In this document: positions 1-10,302 of the stretch, piece after piece
Layout of the letters: every line of letters begins with the position of its first letter
Numbering within the stretch: the first letter of the stretch is position 1
The notes under the pieces: model-generated
Database searches by the model: none
What the model was told of the DNA's origin: nothing
The model's input: only the letters and a program-made list of their open reading frames with translations
Position numbers and translations under genes: made by a program
Assembly: GCA_038046385.1 (NCBI GenBank)
Contig: JBBSWH010000004.1
Coordinates: 1-64,000 of the forward strand
DNA: 64,000 nucleotides
Reading direction: 5' to 3'
From: Nanobdellota archaeon
Lineage (GTDB): Archaea > Nanobdellota > Nanobdellia > Woesearchaeales > GW2011-AR4

Positions 1-2591
1 ACCGTTCCGCTGGCGCATCCAAGATAATCTTTTATTGTTATTGCTCCTGCTATATTTCCTGAAACTGTTGCCGTGACTGTGCTGGAAACATATGATGGGT
101 TTGGAGATAATGACAATGATATCAGGCATGCTGCATTTCCTGTGCATCCTGAATCATAGCAGTCTGTAGCTCCGTTAGCATTGTCATCTATGGCATTATT
201 GCATACCTCGACGCATCCTTCACTTATGCCGTCTATCTGCCCGTTGCAGTTGTCATCAATTCCGTTGCCGCAAACTTCTGCTCTTCCCGGGTTTACATTT
301 ATGTTGTTGTCGTTGCAGTCATGGTGGTTTGCCACATAACCTGGAGAAGAAGTGCATACTCTCTTTGTGTCTCCGTCTATTCCCCAATTGTCACCGTCAA
401 TATCTCTGTAGACTTGATTGCAGGCGCCGCTAAAACAGTCTGGATCTGAAGTGCATAATTGTCCGTCACTTATTTTACATATATTACCTGCATTTTTGCT
501 TAATCCAGAACAGCAAGGGCTTGAAGGTGGAGTTGGAGGGGTAAGAGATATACGTTCGTATTCATTTAATGGTGAGCAGGTGGGGCAAGAAGATAATGAA
601 CAAGTATAAGCTGAAGGAGTTAATTTATCGACGCAGCATGGGTTTAATCCACCGCAAACCCCATAAACCGCACCGCACGCTGCCTGCACTGTGAAATCTC
701 TCGTTACAATCCTTGTCCCTCCTGCTCCTGCTGAATTTATGTAATAAGTTGCAGTATAGCTTCCGGTTTGGGTAGGAGTCCATGAGACGCTGTAAGCATC
801 AGAGCCTGTTGCCGTATTTATTATCGCCGACCCAATAGCGTATGTTGCAGAGTTATCATTGTTTCTTATGCTGATGCCGTAGTTTGTTGCTGCCTGTCCT
901 AAAAGAATAGCAGGAATGCTGTTCCATGAATAAGATGCTGAAAATGTTATAGGGTTGTTGACAGCGAAGTTGAATGCAGATGTCACGCTTGGACTTTGAA
1001 CATTAATAGTTCCTCCGGAACAGGCTACGCTGACAGAAGATGAATCTGAGTATCCTCCCCCATTACAATTCATTGTGAAAGTAGAAGCCTGTGTAACACC
1101 AAGTATCATTGTGCTTCCGCTTGTAGGCTGAGAGGTGCCAAAGGGATCAAGTGTGCAGGAAGTGATCCCGCTGGATTGCCAGTCGAGGTTTACTGTATTA
1201 GATTGGCCGCAGGTTATCAAAAGAGGGCCTCCTGTAAGCTTCACTGTCGGAAGAACATTAATAGTTGTACTTGCAGAGCCAAAATTCATATTGAAATCCT
1301 GAGGAAGGCTGGGATGGCATGGATCAGGGTATACACTTCCGTGCACTCTATAATAACTTGTCGCTGTTATTATGTGCGACCACACTGGAATCAGTGTTGA
1401 AGGGCCATTCCTTGGGAATGAAACAATTTGGCTTCCGAGCGAAGTATCACGAGTATTTGCAAATTCTCCAAGATTGGTATTTGACCATGTCTGAAAACGC
1501 CCTCCAGTAAGAGTATAGGTCACAGCAGGAGAGGCGCATCCATTTATAGAACTCTGCGCAAAATTATCGCTTGCAGTAATTGTAAAAGAGTCATCTCCAT
1601 TAATTGTTGTAGGGCTGACAGAAGTTGAAATTGTTGAGCCGGGGCTTAATAATAAAGGAGAGCAGGTTGTGCTTGCGCCTGATCCTGTGCAGGTGGCTGG
1701 GCTTGGACAGGTTGCCGTTGTACCCCAACTGCATCCGTCACCGGCGCATGTTTGAATTGTATTTGAAGAGCATCTTTTGTCTCCGCTGGCGCATATTTGG
1801 GGGCATGTTATAAGGCACGCCGCAGGGCTTCCGGCACAGCCGTATGTGCATGATGTGCCGCCATTCCATTCCCAGCAGGGATCTGCATCATAATTTCCGC
1901 ATGTATATAGTGTGCTGCCGCTGCATGTTGTTGCGCCGGAACCTGAACAATCATCTGTGCACGAGATGCAGCTCTGTGATTCTGCTGGCTTGTTTAATGT
2001 TGTTCCGCAACCCATAGAGTCTGTGCATGTCCTGTACTGTATATTTCCGGTGCATGTTCCCCATCCTGTGCAGGACCATGAAGGCGTGCAGCAATATGAA
2101 AATGATCCGTCAGTATATAATTTACAGACCGCTGAACTTCCGCAATCAGTGTTTTTCCATACACTAGCATATGGGCATCCGCCTGAATAGGTTGGGCCGC
2201 AGGTTTGAAGAGTATTGCCGGAGCATTGCGTTGCGCCGTTTGTGCAATAATCGCAGCATTGAGTATTTGTATAGCTGCCTCCGCAGCCATCAGTACATGA
2301 TTGTGTTTGTGTTCCGCTTGGACTGCATGCGCTCCATACGCTGCAAGAAGGTGAAGGTGTGCAGCAATCTATTCCATTAGGGTCGCATACTCCGCTCGGG
2401 CAGCGGTAATCTGAAGGTTCAAAACAATTCGGGCTGGTCTCAACACAACGGGCTTGCCAACCTCCGCTGCAATACTGGACGTATGCCCCGTCACATCCGT
2501 CTTCTCCGCATGCAAAAGAAAAAGAAGTCTGCATTGCTGCAATTATTAAAAATAAAAGCGATATAAATATGGCTTTAGATTTATGCCTCAT
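1..2591 (-). CDS. Large secreted Cys-rich surface protein (3' end runs off the window), with TSP1-like WSxC repeats and MopE-like metal-binding repeats
   Basis: Not in the ORF track because there is no stop in the window. ATG at 2591 gives MRHKSKAIFISLLFLIIAAMQTSFSFAC (signal peptide). The sampled segments, including the window start, translate in this frame. Motifs: SCSVWSACSPSGTQTQSCTDGC, WSCTGWGTCTGNIQYRTCTD, DCNDNNININPGRAEVCGNGIDDNCNGQIDG. Confidence 0.85.
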   Translation of the reverse strand, partial: MRHKSKAIFISLLFLIIAAMQTSFSFACGEDGCDGAYVQYCSGGWQARCVETSPNCFEPSDYRCPSGVCDPNGIDCCTPSPSCSVWSACSPSGTQTQSCTDGCGGSYTNTQCCDYCTNGATQCSGNTLQTCGPTYSGGCPYASVWKNTDCGSSAVCKLYTDGSFSYCCTPSWSCTGWGTCTGNIQYRTCTDSMGCGTTLNKPAESQSCISCTDDCSGSGATTCSGSTLYTCGNYDADPCWEWNGGTSCTYGCAGSPAACLITCPQICASGDKRCSSNTIQTCAGDGCSWGTTATCPSPATCTGSGASTTCSPLLLSPGSTISTSVSPTTINGDDSFTITASDNFAQSSINGCASPAVTYTLTGGRFQTWSNTNLGEFANTRDTSLGSQIVSFPRNGPSTLIPVWSHIITATSYYRVHGSVYPDPCHPSLPQDFNMNFGSASTTINVLPTVKLTGGPLLITCGQSNTVNLDWQSSGITSCTLDPFGTSQPTSGSTMILGVTQASTFTMNCNGGGYSDSSSVSVACSGGTINVQSPSVTSAFNFAVNNPITFSASYSWNSIPAILLGQAATNYGISIRNNDNSATYAIGSAIINTATGSDAYSVSWTPTQTGSYTATYYINSAGAGGTRIVTRDFTVQAACGAVYGVCGGLNPCCVDKLTPSAYTCSLSSCPTCSPLNEYERISLTPPTPPSSPCCSGLSKNAGNICKISDGQLCTSDPDCFSGACNQVYRDIDGDNWGIDGDTKRVCTSSPGYVANHHDCNDNNINVNPGRAEVCGNGIDDNCNGQIDGISEGCVEVCNNAIDDNANGATDCYDSGCTGNAACLISLSLSPNPSYVSSTVTATVSGNIAGAITIKDYLGCASGT

Positions 2592-2700
2592 CTTCCCTCT
2601 TTTTTGAATCACGATAACCCGAGATATATTATAAAATGATTTATCGGGAGAACTATTATTAAAGCTTTTCGGTTTAGTTAGTTAATAGAAAGAAAAAAGA

Positions 2701-4221
2701 TTAATGCCTTCTATTGTTATTGTGAATGGATTTGTAATTGTTTTGATTGTTTGCTTTCAAAACTCTGGCAGCGTTAATGTTTGACTGCATAAGGCTTGCG
2801 CTTGATGTTGGATCTTTTAGTATAACTGTCTCAAGAGTGCCGTCTGGCTTGTCTCTTATTTCAATTATTTTCAGTCTGTCTCTAACCTGGTCATTTAATG
2901 CACTTTGATTATAAGCAGAAACTAAATTTGAAGATAGTCCTGAACTGGAAACTATAAGCGGTCTTTCACCTGTATCTCTGTCTAGCTTTGCGCTTGCATA
3001 AGTTCTTCTGTAAAGGTATCCTCCATTCTCTATGTCAACTGGCTCAAATCCGTCGCGAGCCTGGGCACTCATGACGCTTAATACATTATTTGGTTGATGC
3101 CCTTTTTGTCCAGAGCCATGCCCCGCAATTTCGTGGGATGCAGCTCCTCTGAATATTCCATTCCTCAGCAATACCCTTATCCCGACTATTTGGTTATCAA
3201 CAAGGTAGTATCTTGTCCCGTTAATATCTCCATGTTCAACTGTTATTGCCCCTATTGAATCAATCGGAGCAGTGAGGATTTCCGGATTTGTTGCATTTTT
3301 TAAGGCTCCTGGTGCTCCAAGTTCCATATCATTTTTCATTACATCAGTCGCAAAGCCTTTAGTGTCGTTGTCAAGACCTTCTGGATAGATTCCGTATCTT
3401 GGATTGGAATTTGGAGCCCAGCGTATGGTCAGCCAGTCAAGACCATCTATTGTTGTTCTCCCGACATCATTGAACGAGTCTATTCTTCTTTTGCCTGTTG
3501 CAGGGTTTATGTCGGTCCCAATAAGATAAGATGTTCCATTGCCGTCTGGTGAATTTGCAATGTATGTGTCAAACTCAGCATATCCAGGTGCAGAAAATCT
3601 TATTTTTTTGCCTTTTAAATCCGTTGTTGAAGTTATTGTTACTTTTCCGTCTATGCCTGTAACTGCATTTATTCCCGCCACATCAGGAGAGGTTATGGTT
3701 GCTCCCCCTATAGGCTGCGTTGTCCTGCCGTCTTTTGCGGCTACTAAATACTGAAAAGTCTGCGGAGGCTGTGTAACAGTTATTGTTTTTGGATTTGGAT
3801 TTCCTTTCTGGTCATCGCCACCTGTAACAAGTCCTGTCAATGTGCTTGTTGAAGTATAAGTCTGCTGCTTGCATGTCTCTCCTGCAGAAAGCGTTTCATC
3901 TGGATCGTCCCTCCTGCCGTTTCCATTAAAATCTCCCCATGCATCCTTTATTGTTCCGTTTTTTCCTGCAGTTACTGTAAAGCAGACGTTTGAATTTAAT
4001 GGAGTCATTCCGTTGTCCGGAGTTGCTGTTATCGAGATTGTTGGCGCTTCGACTACTGGCGGTGGAGGAGGATCTACTCCTGTTGGCTCTTTGCCGCATG
4101 CCGCTGCTCCTGCTGCGTACGCTGATAAAGTTAAATAAGTAAGAAACTCTCTTGTTCTTCTGTAAAGCCTTGGATCTATGTGAACATGTTCGAGAACTGA
4201 ATCTAAACTATGTTTCCCCAT
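2701..4221 (-). CDS. Putative lipoprotein with PKD/Ig-like domains and a metzincin-like Zn-protease motif
   Basis: Lipobox-like AGAAAC, Pro linker, PKD-like segment (PDNGMTPLNSNVCFTV..WGDFNGNG), HEIAGHGSGQKGH followed by a Met-turn-like SVM. Confidence 0.6.
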   Translation of the reverse strand: MGKHSLDSVLEHVHIDPRLYRRTREFLTYLTLSAYAAGAAACGKEPTGVDPPPPPVVEAPTISITATPDNGMTPLNSNVCFTVTAGKNGTIKDAWGDFNGNGRRDDPDETLSAGETCKQQTYTSTSTLTGLVTGGDDQKGNPNPKTITVTQPPQTFQYLVAAKDGRTTQPIGGATITSPDVAGINAVTGIDGKVTITSTTDLKGKKIRFSAPGYAEFDTYIANSPDGNGTSYLIGTDINPATGKRRIDSFNDVGRTTIDGLDWLTIRWAPNSNPRYGIYPEGLDNDTKGFATDVMKNDMELGAPGALKNATNPEILTAPIDSIGAITVEHGDINGTRYYLVDNQIVGIRVLLRNGIFRGAASHEIAGHGSGQKGHQPNNVLSVMSAQARDGFEPVDIENGGYLYRRTYASAKLDRDTGERPLIVSSSGLSSNLVSAYNQSALNDQVRDRLKIIEIRDKPDGTLETVILKDPTSSASLMQSNINAARVLKANNQNNYKSIHNNNRRH

Positions 4222-4362
4222 AGTATCTTTCCTTTGTTTTCCTCTTTATAAATCTTTCTATTTTTTGTTATCTGTGAGTAGTTAAATTAAAAGGCGTTTT
4301 ATAAAGAATGTTTCCATATAGAAAATAATACCTTAAAAACATTGAACAGAAACATTTATATA

Positions 4363-4380
4363 ATACCTTAATTTAGGTAT
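4363..4380. promoter_or_regulatory. Inverted repeat (putative operator) just downstream of the TATA box of MNT-HEPN pair 1
   Basis: ATACCT-taattt-AGGTAT immediately after TTTATATA. Confidence 0.5.
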
Positions 4381-4406
4381 GATTATACTAGAAAAAAGGT
4401 ATTTAG

Positions 4407-5033
4407 ATGTTAACACCCAAGCAGATTAAGATATTCGAAGCGTTTTTGAAAAAACCTTATCAAGAGCGGACCTATAAGGAAATAAAAGATTATTCAAGGG
4501 AAAAATCAAATTCAATTATTCAGAAAGCGCTGGCAAAGTTTCTTTCTGAGGATCTTGTTAAAAAGAAACACGTAGGAAATATCATCCTATACTCTGTCAA
4601 CTTAGTTAACAGCACTGTTTTTGCATACTTTGATGTGCTGGTAAAAGAGAAAATTTCAAATCTAGTAAGAGCTAGCATAAAAATAATAAGAGAAGAGCTC
4701 CTTAACATAGAATTTGTATCGATTGTTGTTTTTGGCTCATATGCAGAAGGAAAACAAAAGGAAAAATCTGACTTAGACATCGCAATTTTCGTGAACTCGG
4801 TTGAAGATAAAAAAAAATGCGAATCGGCTATGAAATCTGCCGAACTTAAATCAATATTGCCACTCGATATCCATATAATAACCAAATTGGATATGCTTCA
4901 AATGTTAAAAGATAAGCACGAAAATTTAGGAAAACAAATAGCATACAAGCATCTCGCAATTCAAAATCCAATGATATTTTATTCAATAATTCAGGAGGGG
5001 ATAGACAATGGATTCAAAATTGTATATTCATAG
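4407..5033 (+). CDS. wHTH + minimal nucleotidyltransferase (MntA-type antitoxin)
   Basis: FGSYAEGKQKEKSDLDIAI (GSx10DxD), N-terminal wHTH, overlaps the HEPN gene. Confidence 0.85.
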   Translation: MLTPKQIKIFEAFLKKPYQERTYKEIKDYSREKSNSIIQKALAKFLSEDLVKKKHVGNIILYSVNLVNSTVFAYFDVLVKEKISNLVRASIKIIREELLNIEFVSIVVFGSYAEGKQKEKSDLDIAIFVNSVEDKKKCESAMKSAELKSILPLDIHIITKLDMLQMLKDKHENLGKQIAYKHLAIQNPMIFYSIIQEGIDNGFKIVYS

Positions 5034-5472
5034 GGCAGAAAACGAAATAAAGCTTGCTGGGATAATATTTACAATTAGTGAAGAGCCAAAGATACAAAAA
5101 GAGGCATTCAAAGTCAATGATCCTGAAACATATTATAGTGCAGTTATTGCACATAGTTATTACAGTATATTCTATGGGGCAAAGGCATATCTTGCAAAGA
5201 AAGGAGTTGAAGTTTCTGCTCCAGAAGAACACAAAAAAGCATTTGCAGAATTCAAAAAGTTTGTTGAAAGCGGAGAGCTTGATGTCGAACTTCTCAAGAT
5301 ATATCAAGAGGCATTGGTTCGGGCAGAATATTTGCTAGGGCTCTTCAAGGAAGAGAAGAAAAAGCGAGGAGAATTCACTTATCGAACTATGCCGCAAGCA
5401 AACAAAGAACCAGCAAAAGAAAGCATAGAACACGCAAAGACATTCTTCAGACACATGTTTGCAATTCTATAA
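5008..5472 (+). CDS. HEPN domain protein
   Basis: HSYYSIFYGAKAYL, EEHKKA and KRGEFTY motifs; paired with an MNT gene. Confidence 0.8.
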   Translation: MDSKLYIHRAENEIKLAGIIFTISEEPKIQKEAFKVNDPETYYSAVIAHSYYSIFYGAKAYLAKKGVEVSAPEEHKKAFAEFKKFVESGELDVELLKIYQEALVRAEYLLGLFKEEKKKRGEFTYRTMPQANKEPAKESIEHAKTFFRHMFAIL

Positions 5473-5576
5473 TTTTTGTCTAAAATTCTTTATTTCTTTT
5501 TGCATACGGCCAATAAATGTCCTGCAGAAATAATAAATTAAAATAAATTGTACGAAAGATAATAAATTAAATCTGT

Positions 5577-6176
5577 TTATCTCGAGCTGTCTGCCTGCCT
5601 TTCTATCTCAAGCTTCTTTCCGATTGCGTTTGATGTGCTGCTTAATTTGTAAGCGCCCATAATTTCATCTGCAAGGCTCGTGATTATTGATTTCTTTGTG
5701 TTGAATGTCCTGTGGTAAGCGCCCTGCGTCATATGGCGAAGCGCAAGATCGACTCTTCTTTGAGGAGAGCACTCAACTGCTTTTGGATATCTTGCTCCTC
5801 CGTATTCGATTGTGATTATTTCCTCTCTTTGGGCGGCATTCTCAATTGCCTTGACAAAAACCTTTATCGGATTTTCTTTTGTTGTCTTTTCAATATGGTT
5901 GAATGCTTCCTCGACAATGTTGTAAGCAGTAGCAGCTTTTCCTGTAATATGATTGCTTGTCTTGTAGTGCTTCTTGCTCTTGTGCCCCGGCACCATGACT
6001 TTGTTTATCAGCCTTTCAACAATAAAAATTCTGCTCTTGTGGAACTTATTTCCTGCGTATCTTGCTCCGGTCTTTGGAACAACTCTTGCCTGCAGCGTGA
6101 TGTAAGACTGCAGTCCGGTATCATCTACTTTAATGCCTTCTGTTCCCCATTTGTTGAATGCTTTTATTTCGCTCAT
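5577..6176 (-). CDS. rps7: 30S ribosomal protein S7 (uS7)
   Basis: IVERLINK, NPIKVFVKAIENAAQREE, YPKAVECSPQRRVDLALR. Confidence 0.97.
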   Translation of the reverse strand: MSEIKAFNKWGTEGIKVDDTGLQSYITLQARVVPKTGARYAGNKFHKSRIFIVERLINKVMVPGHKSKKHYKTSNHITGKAATAYNIVEEAFNHIEKTTKENPIKVFVKAIENAAQREEIITIEYGGARYPKAVECSPQRRVDLALRHMTQGAYHRTFNTKKSIITSLADEIMGAYKLSSTSNAIGKKLEIERQADSSR

Positions 6177-6185
6177 GTTAATAAT

Positions 6186-6623
6186 TTACTTCCTTGCTTT
6201 TTCTATTCTTCCTTTCAATAATGCGTCTAAGCTTTGATCATTGACTTTTATTACCTGCCATCTGACACCCGGAATGTCCCCTTTTGAGCCGCCCATTGCG
6301 CCGCCGATGCATTCGATAAGAACTTCATCGTGCTCGTCAATCAGTTTTGTAGCGCCATCGCGGGGGCAAAATGCAGTAACCTGCCTTCCATTTTTAATTA
6401 ATTGAACTCTAACGCATTTTCTCATTGCTGAGTTTGGCTGCTTTGCCTCAAGCTGAACTTTTTCAAGAACAAGCCCTTTTGCCTGAGAAGCTCCTTCCAA
6501 CGGATCGGATTTCTGCTTTAGCATAAGAGTCTTCTGAATATATGGAGCATAATGCCACTTGCCGAAAGTCCTTCTTGCCTTCAGCTTTTTTCCTGCGAAC
6601 AGTCCTTTTGATTTGTTTCCCAT
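6186..6623 (-). CDS. rps12: 30S ribosomal protein S12 (uS12); true start probably 6623
   Basis: [29 protein letters not shown]; TTTAAAAA about 25 nt upstream of ATG 6623. Confidence 0.97.
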   Translation of the reverse strand: MGNKSKGLFAGKKLKARRTFGKWHYAPYIQKTLMLKQKSDPLEGASQAKGLVLEKVQLEAKQPNSAMRKCVRVQLIKNGRQVTAFCPRDGATKLIDEHDEVLIECIGGAMGGSKGDIPGVRWQVIKVNDQSLDALLKGRIEKARK

Positions 6624-6740
6624 GGTATTTGGTATCTTTATGTGGTTTTTAAAGGTTTTGAAACAATTTTGTTTCAAAGCCCAGAAAATTGCAATGCAAT
6701 TTTCGCTGGTTACTATGGAATTTTATTTGAATTTCTAGCG

Positions 6741-6904
6741 AGTTTTGCCATCGCTCGCATTAATTTGGTTTTTTTATTGCAAAAATTCCCATTGACAAAA
6801 AAATGCCTTGCATTTTTAGGTTCTCAAAAATCTCTGATTTTTAAGACAATTTCCTTTTTGCTGAATGTATTATTTTATGATGCTCGCATTTTGATGGCAA
6901 AACT
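6741..6904 (-). repeat. 164-bp structured element, copy A (12-bp terminal inverted repeat AGTTTTGCCATC)
   Basis: Homologous to 15550-15712 in inverted orientation; abuts the nusA stop codon; strand uncertain. Confidence 0.85.
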
Positions 6905-7312
6905 TTATGCAACTTTTATCTCTGTTACATCAAAATATCTCTTCGCTATGTCGGAGATGGTGTTGATGTTCTGCCTTTCTCTTCCGATAACCATTGCCCT
7001 CGTTCCAGAGTCTTTGCAATGAACTGTGATTGTGCTTTCTTTTTTCTCAACGCTGACTTCATTCGGATAAACAAGGTTTTTCACGAACTGTGCAGCGTCG
7101 CTGTTGAATTCTGCAAGCCTGATTTTTTTCTTGAGCAGGTACTCCATCTTTTTTATGTTGACGCCGTTCTTTCCTATGGCCTTGCCCATCTGGTTTTCTT
7201 CAACAATGAACAAAACTCTGTCGCCGATTATACAGTCCTTGACTGCAGCTCCTGTCGCTGATTCAAAGGTGTTTATGAGCCCCATTGATTCAGAATCAAG
7301 CTTTCGATTCAC
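6905..7312 (-). CDS. nusA: Archaeal NusA (KH domains)
   Basis: MGKAIGKNGVNIKK, position in the RNAP operon. Confidence 0.95.
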   Translation of the reverse strand: MNRKLDSESMGLINTFESATGAAVKDCIIGDRVLFIVEENQMGKAIGKNGVNIKKMEYLLKKKIRLAEFNSDAAQFVKNLVYPNEVSVEKKESTITVHCKDSGTRAMVIGRERQNINTISDIAKRYFDVTEIKVA

Positions 7313-7590
7313 TTAGCCACCTTAAGGAAGGACAAGACAGAGATTGAAAAAGGCTTCTTGCATAATACGCCAAGCTCATCGTTAGGATATTCCAGCTTGT
7401 GCACTTCAGTGCTGTTAAGGGCCGCATAATAGTTTATTTTTTTTTCGACCGATGCAGGGCAGTTCAAGCTTACAAGCACTTTTTCCACTTTTCCCAATTT
7501 TAGCTGCTTCACGGACTTTTCTGTTCCGATGATGAAGTTGCCTGATTTTATCAGCTTCTTGATTTCCGCTGAGCTTATTTTTTTTGCCAT
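7309..7590 (-). CDS. rpl30e: 50S ribosomal protein L30e
   Basis: IIGTEKSVKQLK, ELGVLCKKPFSIS. Confidence 0.95.
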   Translation of the reverse strand: MAKKISSAEIKKLIKSGNFIIGTEKSVKQLKLGKVEKVLVSLNCPASVEKKINYYAALNSTEVHKLEYPNDELGVLCKKPFSISVLSFLKVAK

Positions 7591-7591
7591 C

Positions 7592-10270
7592 TTAAGTTGT
7601 TGATATTATTCTTTTTACATTTATCTGGCCGTTCTCGGACTTTGAAACGTCAATTCCGTCCTCGCCATAGTCAAACTGTATGATTTTCTTTGAAGCATCC
7701 CTTACAGTGCCGTCGTATTCCACTTTCAAGTCCTGCATTGCGTTTGCAAGCCTTCTGTAAAGGTATCCTGATTTAGGTGTTCTCAAAGCAGTATCCATCA
7801 GCGAATCTCTTCCGGTCATTGATCCAAAAAAGAACTCTGCCGGCGTCAATCCATTTTTGAATCCGTTGCTTATGAATCCTTTTGCATCCGGGCTTAAATC
7901 CCCTTCTTTGAAATGTGAAAGTGTCCTTCCCTTGAATCCCTTTTCGATTCTCTTGCCCCTCATTGCCTGCTGGCCTACACAGGATGCCATCTGCGCCAAA
8001 TTCAGTAAATTTCCTCTTGCGCCTGACTCTGCCATGACCATTGTATGGGTGCTCTTGTCTGCAAAATTCGCAACAGTTCTTCCTGTTTCGTTTCTTGCTT
8101 TGTTCAAAACTTCAAGTATTCTTAATTCAAGAGTTTCCTGCATTGTCTTTCCCGGGAATGTATCAAGCTTGCCTTCCTTGAACTGTGCAATCAATTCGTC
8201 AACTCTTTTTTTTGCATTGTCAAGGTCTTCCTTGATTTTTGCCTTTGCAGGCTCCGGCATGTCAGTGTCTGAAAGCGCTGCAGTAAATCCATGCCTGAAA
8301 AGGTATTCAATTCCAAGCCTGAATATTTTTCCAAGCAAATCTATGTTAAAATCCTTGCCGTATTTCTGATGTAAATTACGGAGCATTAATCCTGATTCTT
8401 CTCCGAGAGAGTTTCTGTCCATTACTCCGGTTTCCATCTTGCCGTCTTTTATAATAACGTGAGATTCCTTGTCACACTTGTCCTTTGACCTGTCGCACGA
8501 TCTGGAGTGCCCGTTGAATCCAAAATCATCTGGTATAAGCACGCTGAAAACTTCTTTTCCAGTCACAACTGCCTTTCTTGGAAGTTTTGAAAAGTCCCTG
8601 ACTCCTACTGCTGAAAGAATATTTATTGCCTCTTCTCTTTTTATCTCATTGTCTTTTGTAAGAAGATAATTTCCTGAAATTGCATCTTGGGTGCATCCTA
8701 TAATGCTCAATCCATATCTCAATGAAACTAATTGTGTTTGTACTTCCATCAGTATTTCGGCTTCTGCCCTAGATTCTTCTGTCTGCGGGATGTGCAAATT
8801 CATTTCGTCTCCGTCAAAATCTGCGTTGTACGGGGTGCATACTGCCGGGTTTAATCTCAAAGTTTTCCCGGGCAATACTTTTACACGGTGGCACATCATG
8901 CTCATTCTGTGCAGTGACGGCTGTCTGTTAAAGATTGCAATGTCCCCATCCATAAGGTGCCTTTCTATAATATATCCAGGCTGCATTTCCTCAAGAGAAG
9001 CTTCCTTTGTTTCTTCTGTGATTTTTTTCTTTTTTCCGTCAGGCCTTACAATGTAGTTTGATCCGGGATATTTGTCAGGCCCGTTCTCTACAAATTTCTT
9101 AAGGTACTGCATGTTCCATGAATTTACTCTTTCCGGAACTGTAAGCTTTGTTGCAATTATGAAAGGAACTCCGACTTCGTAAAGCTCAAGCATCGGGTCC
9201 GGCGAGATTACTGTTCTTGCCGAGAAATTTGTTCTTTTTCCTGCAAGGTTATGCCTAATTCTTCCCTCTTTTGATTTGATTCTTTCTGTAAGCGTCTTCA
9301 ATGGCTGCCCTGATCTGTGCCTTGCCGGCGGAAGCTGCGCAATGTTATTATCGAAAAATGTTGTAACGTGATACTGCAGTAAGTCCCACAAATCCTCGAC
9401 GATGATTTCAGGCGCGCCTGCGTTGATGTTCTCAAACAGCCTCTGGTTTATCCTGACAATGTCGCCCATTTTGTGCGTAAGGTCGTCCTCGCTTCTCTCT
9501 CCTGATTCAAGCGTGATTGAAGGCCTCATTGTAACTGGAGGAATTGCAAGCACTGTCAAAACCATCCATTCAGGCCTTACGTGAGGGACTTTTAATCCGA
9601 ATATCTCGCAGTCTGAATCTGGTATTTTTTCAAGCCTTGCCCTTATTTCGATTGGGCTTATCCTCTTGTCTTCTTCAATGAAAGTTGTAGGCTTTTCAAG
9701 CGTGATTTTTTTCTGCTTTGCCTTGCAGTTAGGGCACTTGTTGATTGTTTTCAGGCTTGCAATTATGTCCTTTATCTTCTGCCTTCTGTCCTCAACTCCT
9801 GCCTCTTTTTCAATCTGGTCAAGCTGTTCCTTTATCTTTGGAATTTTATTGTCCGGAATCAGTATTCTTCCACACTCCCTGCACGTGCACTTGACCATTG
9901 TCATGACTATGTTTACAAATTTGACGTGTATGATTGGCCTTGCAAGCTCTATGTATCCGAAATGTCCGATGCATTCTTTTAATTTTGAGCCGCATGTCTT
10001 GCATCTTAATCCCGGGTCAATTACCCCTAATCTTATGTCCATCAGTCCGCCGTCAACAGGATAGCCTTCCTTGTCGTAAAGTTCCGGCGTTACAATCTTT
10101 GCAGACGCCATCTTCTTTATCATCTTTGGGCTTAAAACTGAGAATGCGATGCTTCTGACTTGTTTGAAAATGTGCTGCTCTTCCATCTCTATTCTTTCGT
10201 GCTTTTCTTCCTTAGGCCCTTCTATTGCCTGCTGGACTTCTGCCGCTTCGTTTTGTTTTTCGTCTGCCAT
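7592..10270 (-). CDS. rpoA1: RNA polymerase subunit A' (Rpo1N)
   Basis: Catalytic NADFDGDEMN, LRTPKSGYLYRRL. Confidence 0.98.
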   Translation of the reverse strand: MADEKQNEAAEVQQAIEGPKEEKHERIEMEEQHIFKQVRSIAFSVLSPKMIKKMASAKIVTPELYDKEGYPVDGGLMDIRLGVIDPGLRCKTCGSKLKECIGHFGYIELARPIIHVKFVNIVMTMVKCTCRECGRILIPDNKIPKIKEQLDQIEKEAGVEDRRQKIKDIIASLKTINKCPNCKAKQKKITLEKPTTFIEEDKRISPIEIRARLEKIPDSDCEIFGLKVPHVRPEWMVLTVLAIPPVTMRPSITLESGERSEDDLTHKMGDIVRINQRLFENINAGAPEIIVEDLWDLLQYHVTTFFDNNIAQLPPARHRSGQPLKTLTERIKSKEGRIRHNLAGKRTNFSARTVISPDPMLELYEVGVPFIIATKLTVPERVNSWNMQYLKKFVENGPDKYPGSNYIVRPDGKKKKITEETKEASLEEMQPGYIIERHLMDGDIAIFNRQPSLHRMSMMCHRVKVLPGKTLRLNPAVCTPYNADFDGDEMNLHIPQTEESRAEAEILMEVQTQLVSLRYGLSIIGCTQDAISGNYLLTKDNEIKREEAINILSAVGVRDFSKLPRKAVVTGKEVFSVLIPDDFGFNGHSRSCDRSKDKCDKESHVIIKDGKMETGVMDRNSLGEESGLMLRNLHQKYGKDFNIDLLGKIFRLGIEYLFRHGFTAALSDTDMPEPAKAKIKEDLDNAKKRVDELIAQFKEGKLDTFPGKTMQETLELRILEVLNKARNETGRTVANFADKSTHTMVMAESGARGNLLNLAQMASCVGQQAMRGKRIEKGFKGRTLSHFKEGDLSPDAKGFISNGFKNGLTPAEFFFGSMTGRDSLMDTALRTPKSGYLYRRLANAMQDLKVEYDGTVRDASKKIIQFDYGEDGIDVSKSENGQINVKRIISTT

Positions 10271-10302
10271 TTTATTTTGAGTTATTTTTAATTTTTATTT
10301 GA

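Noticed and set aside
418-2380. Short ORFs listed in the track for 418-2380
   Set aside because: They are shadows of the long minus-strand Cys-rich CDS that runs off the window
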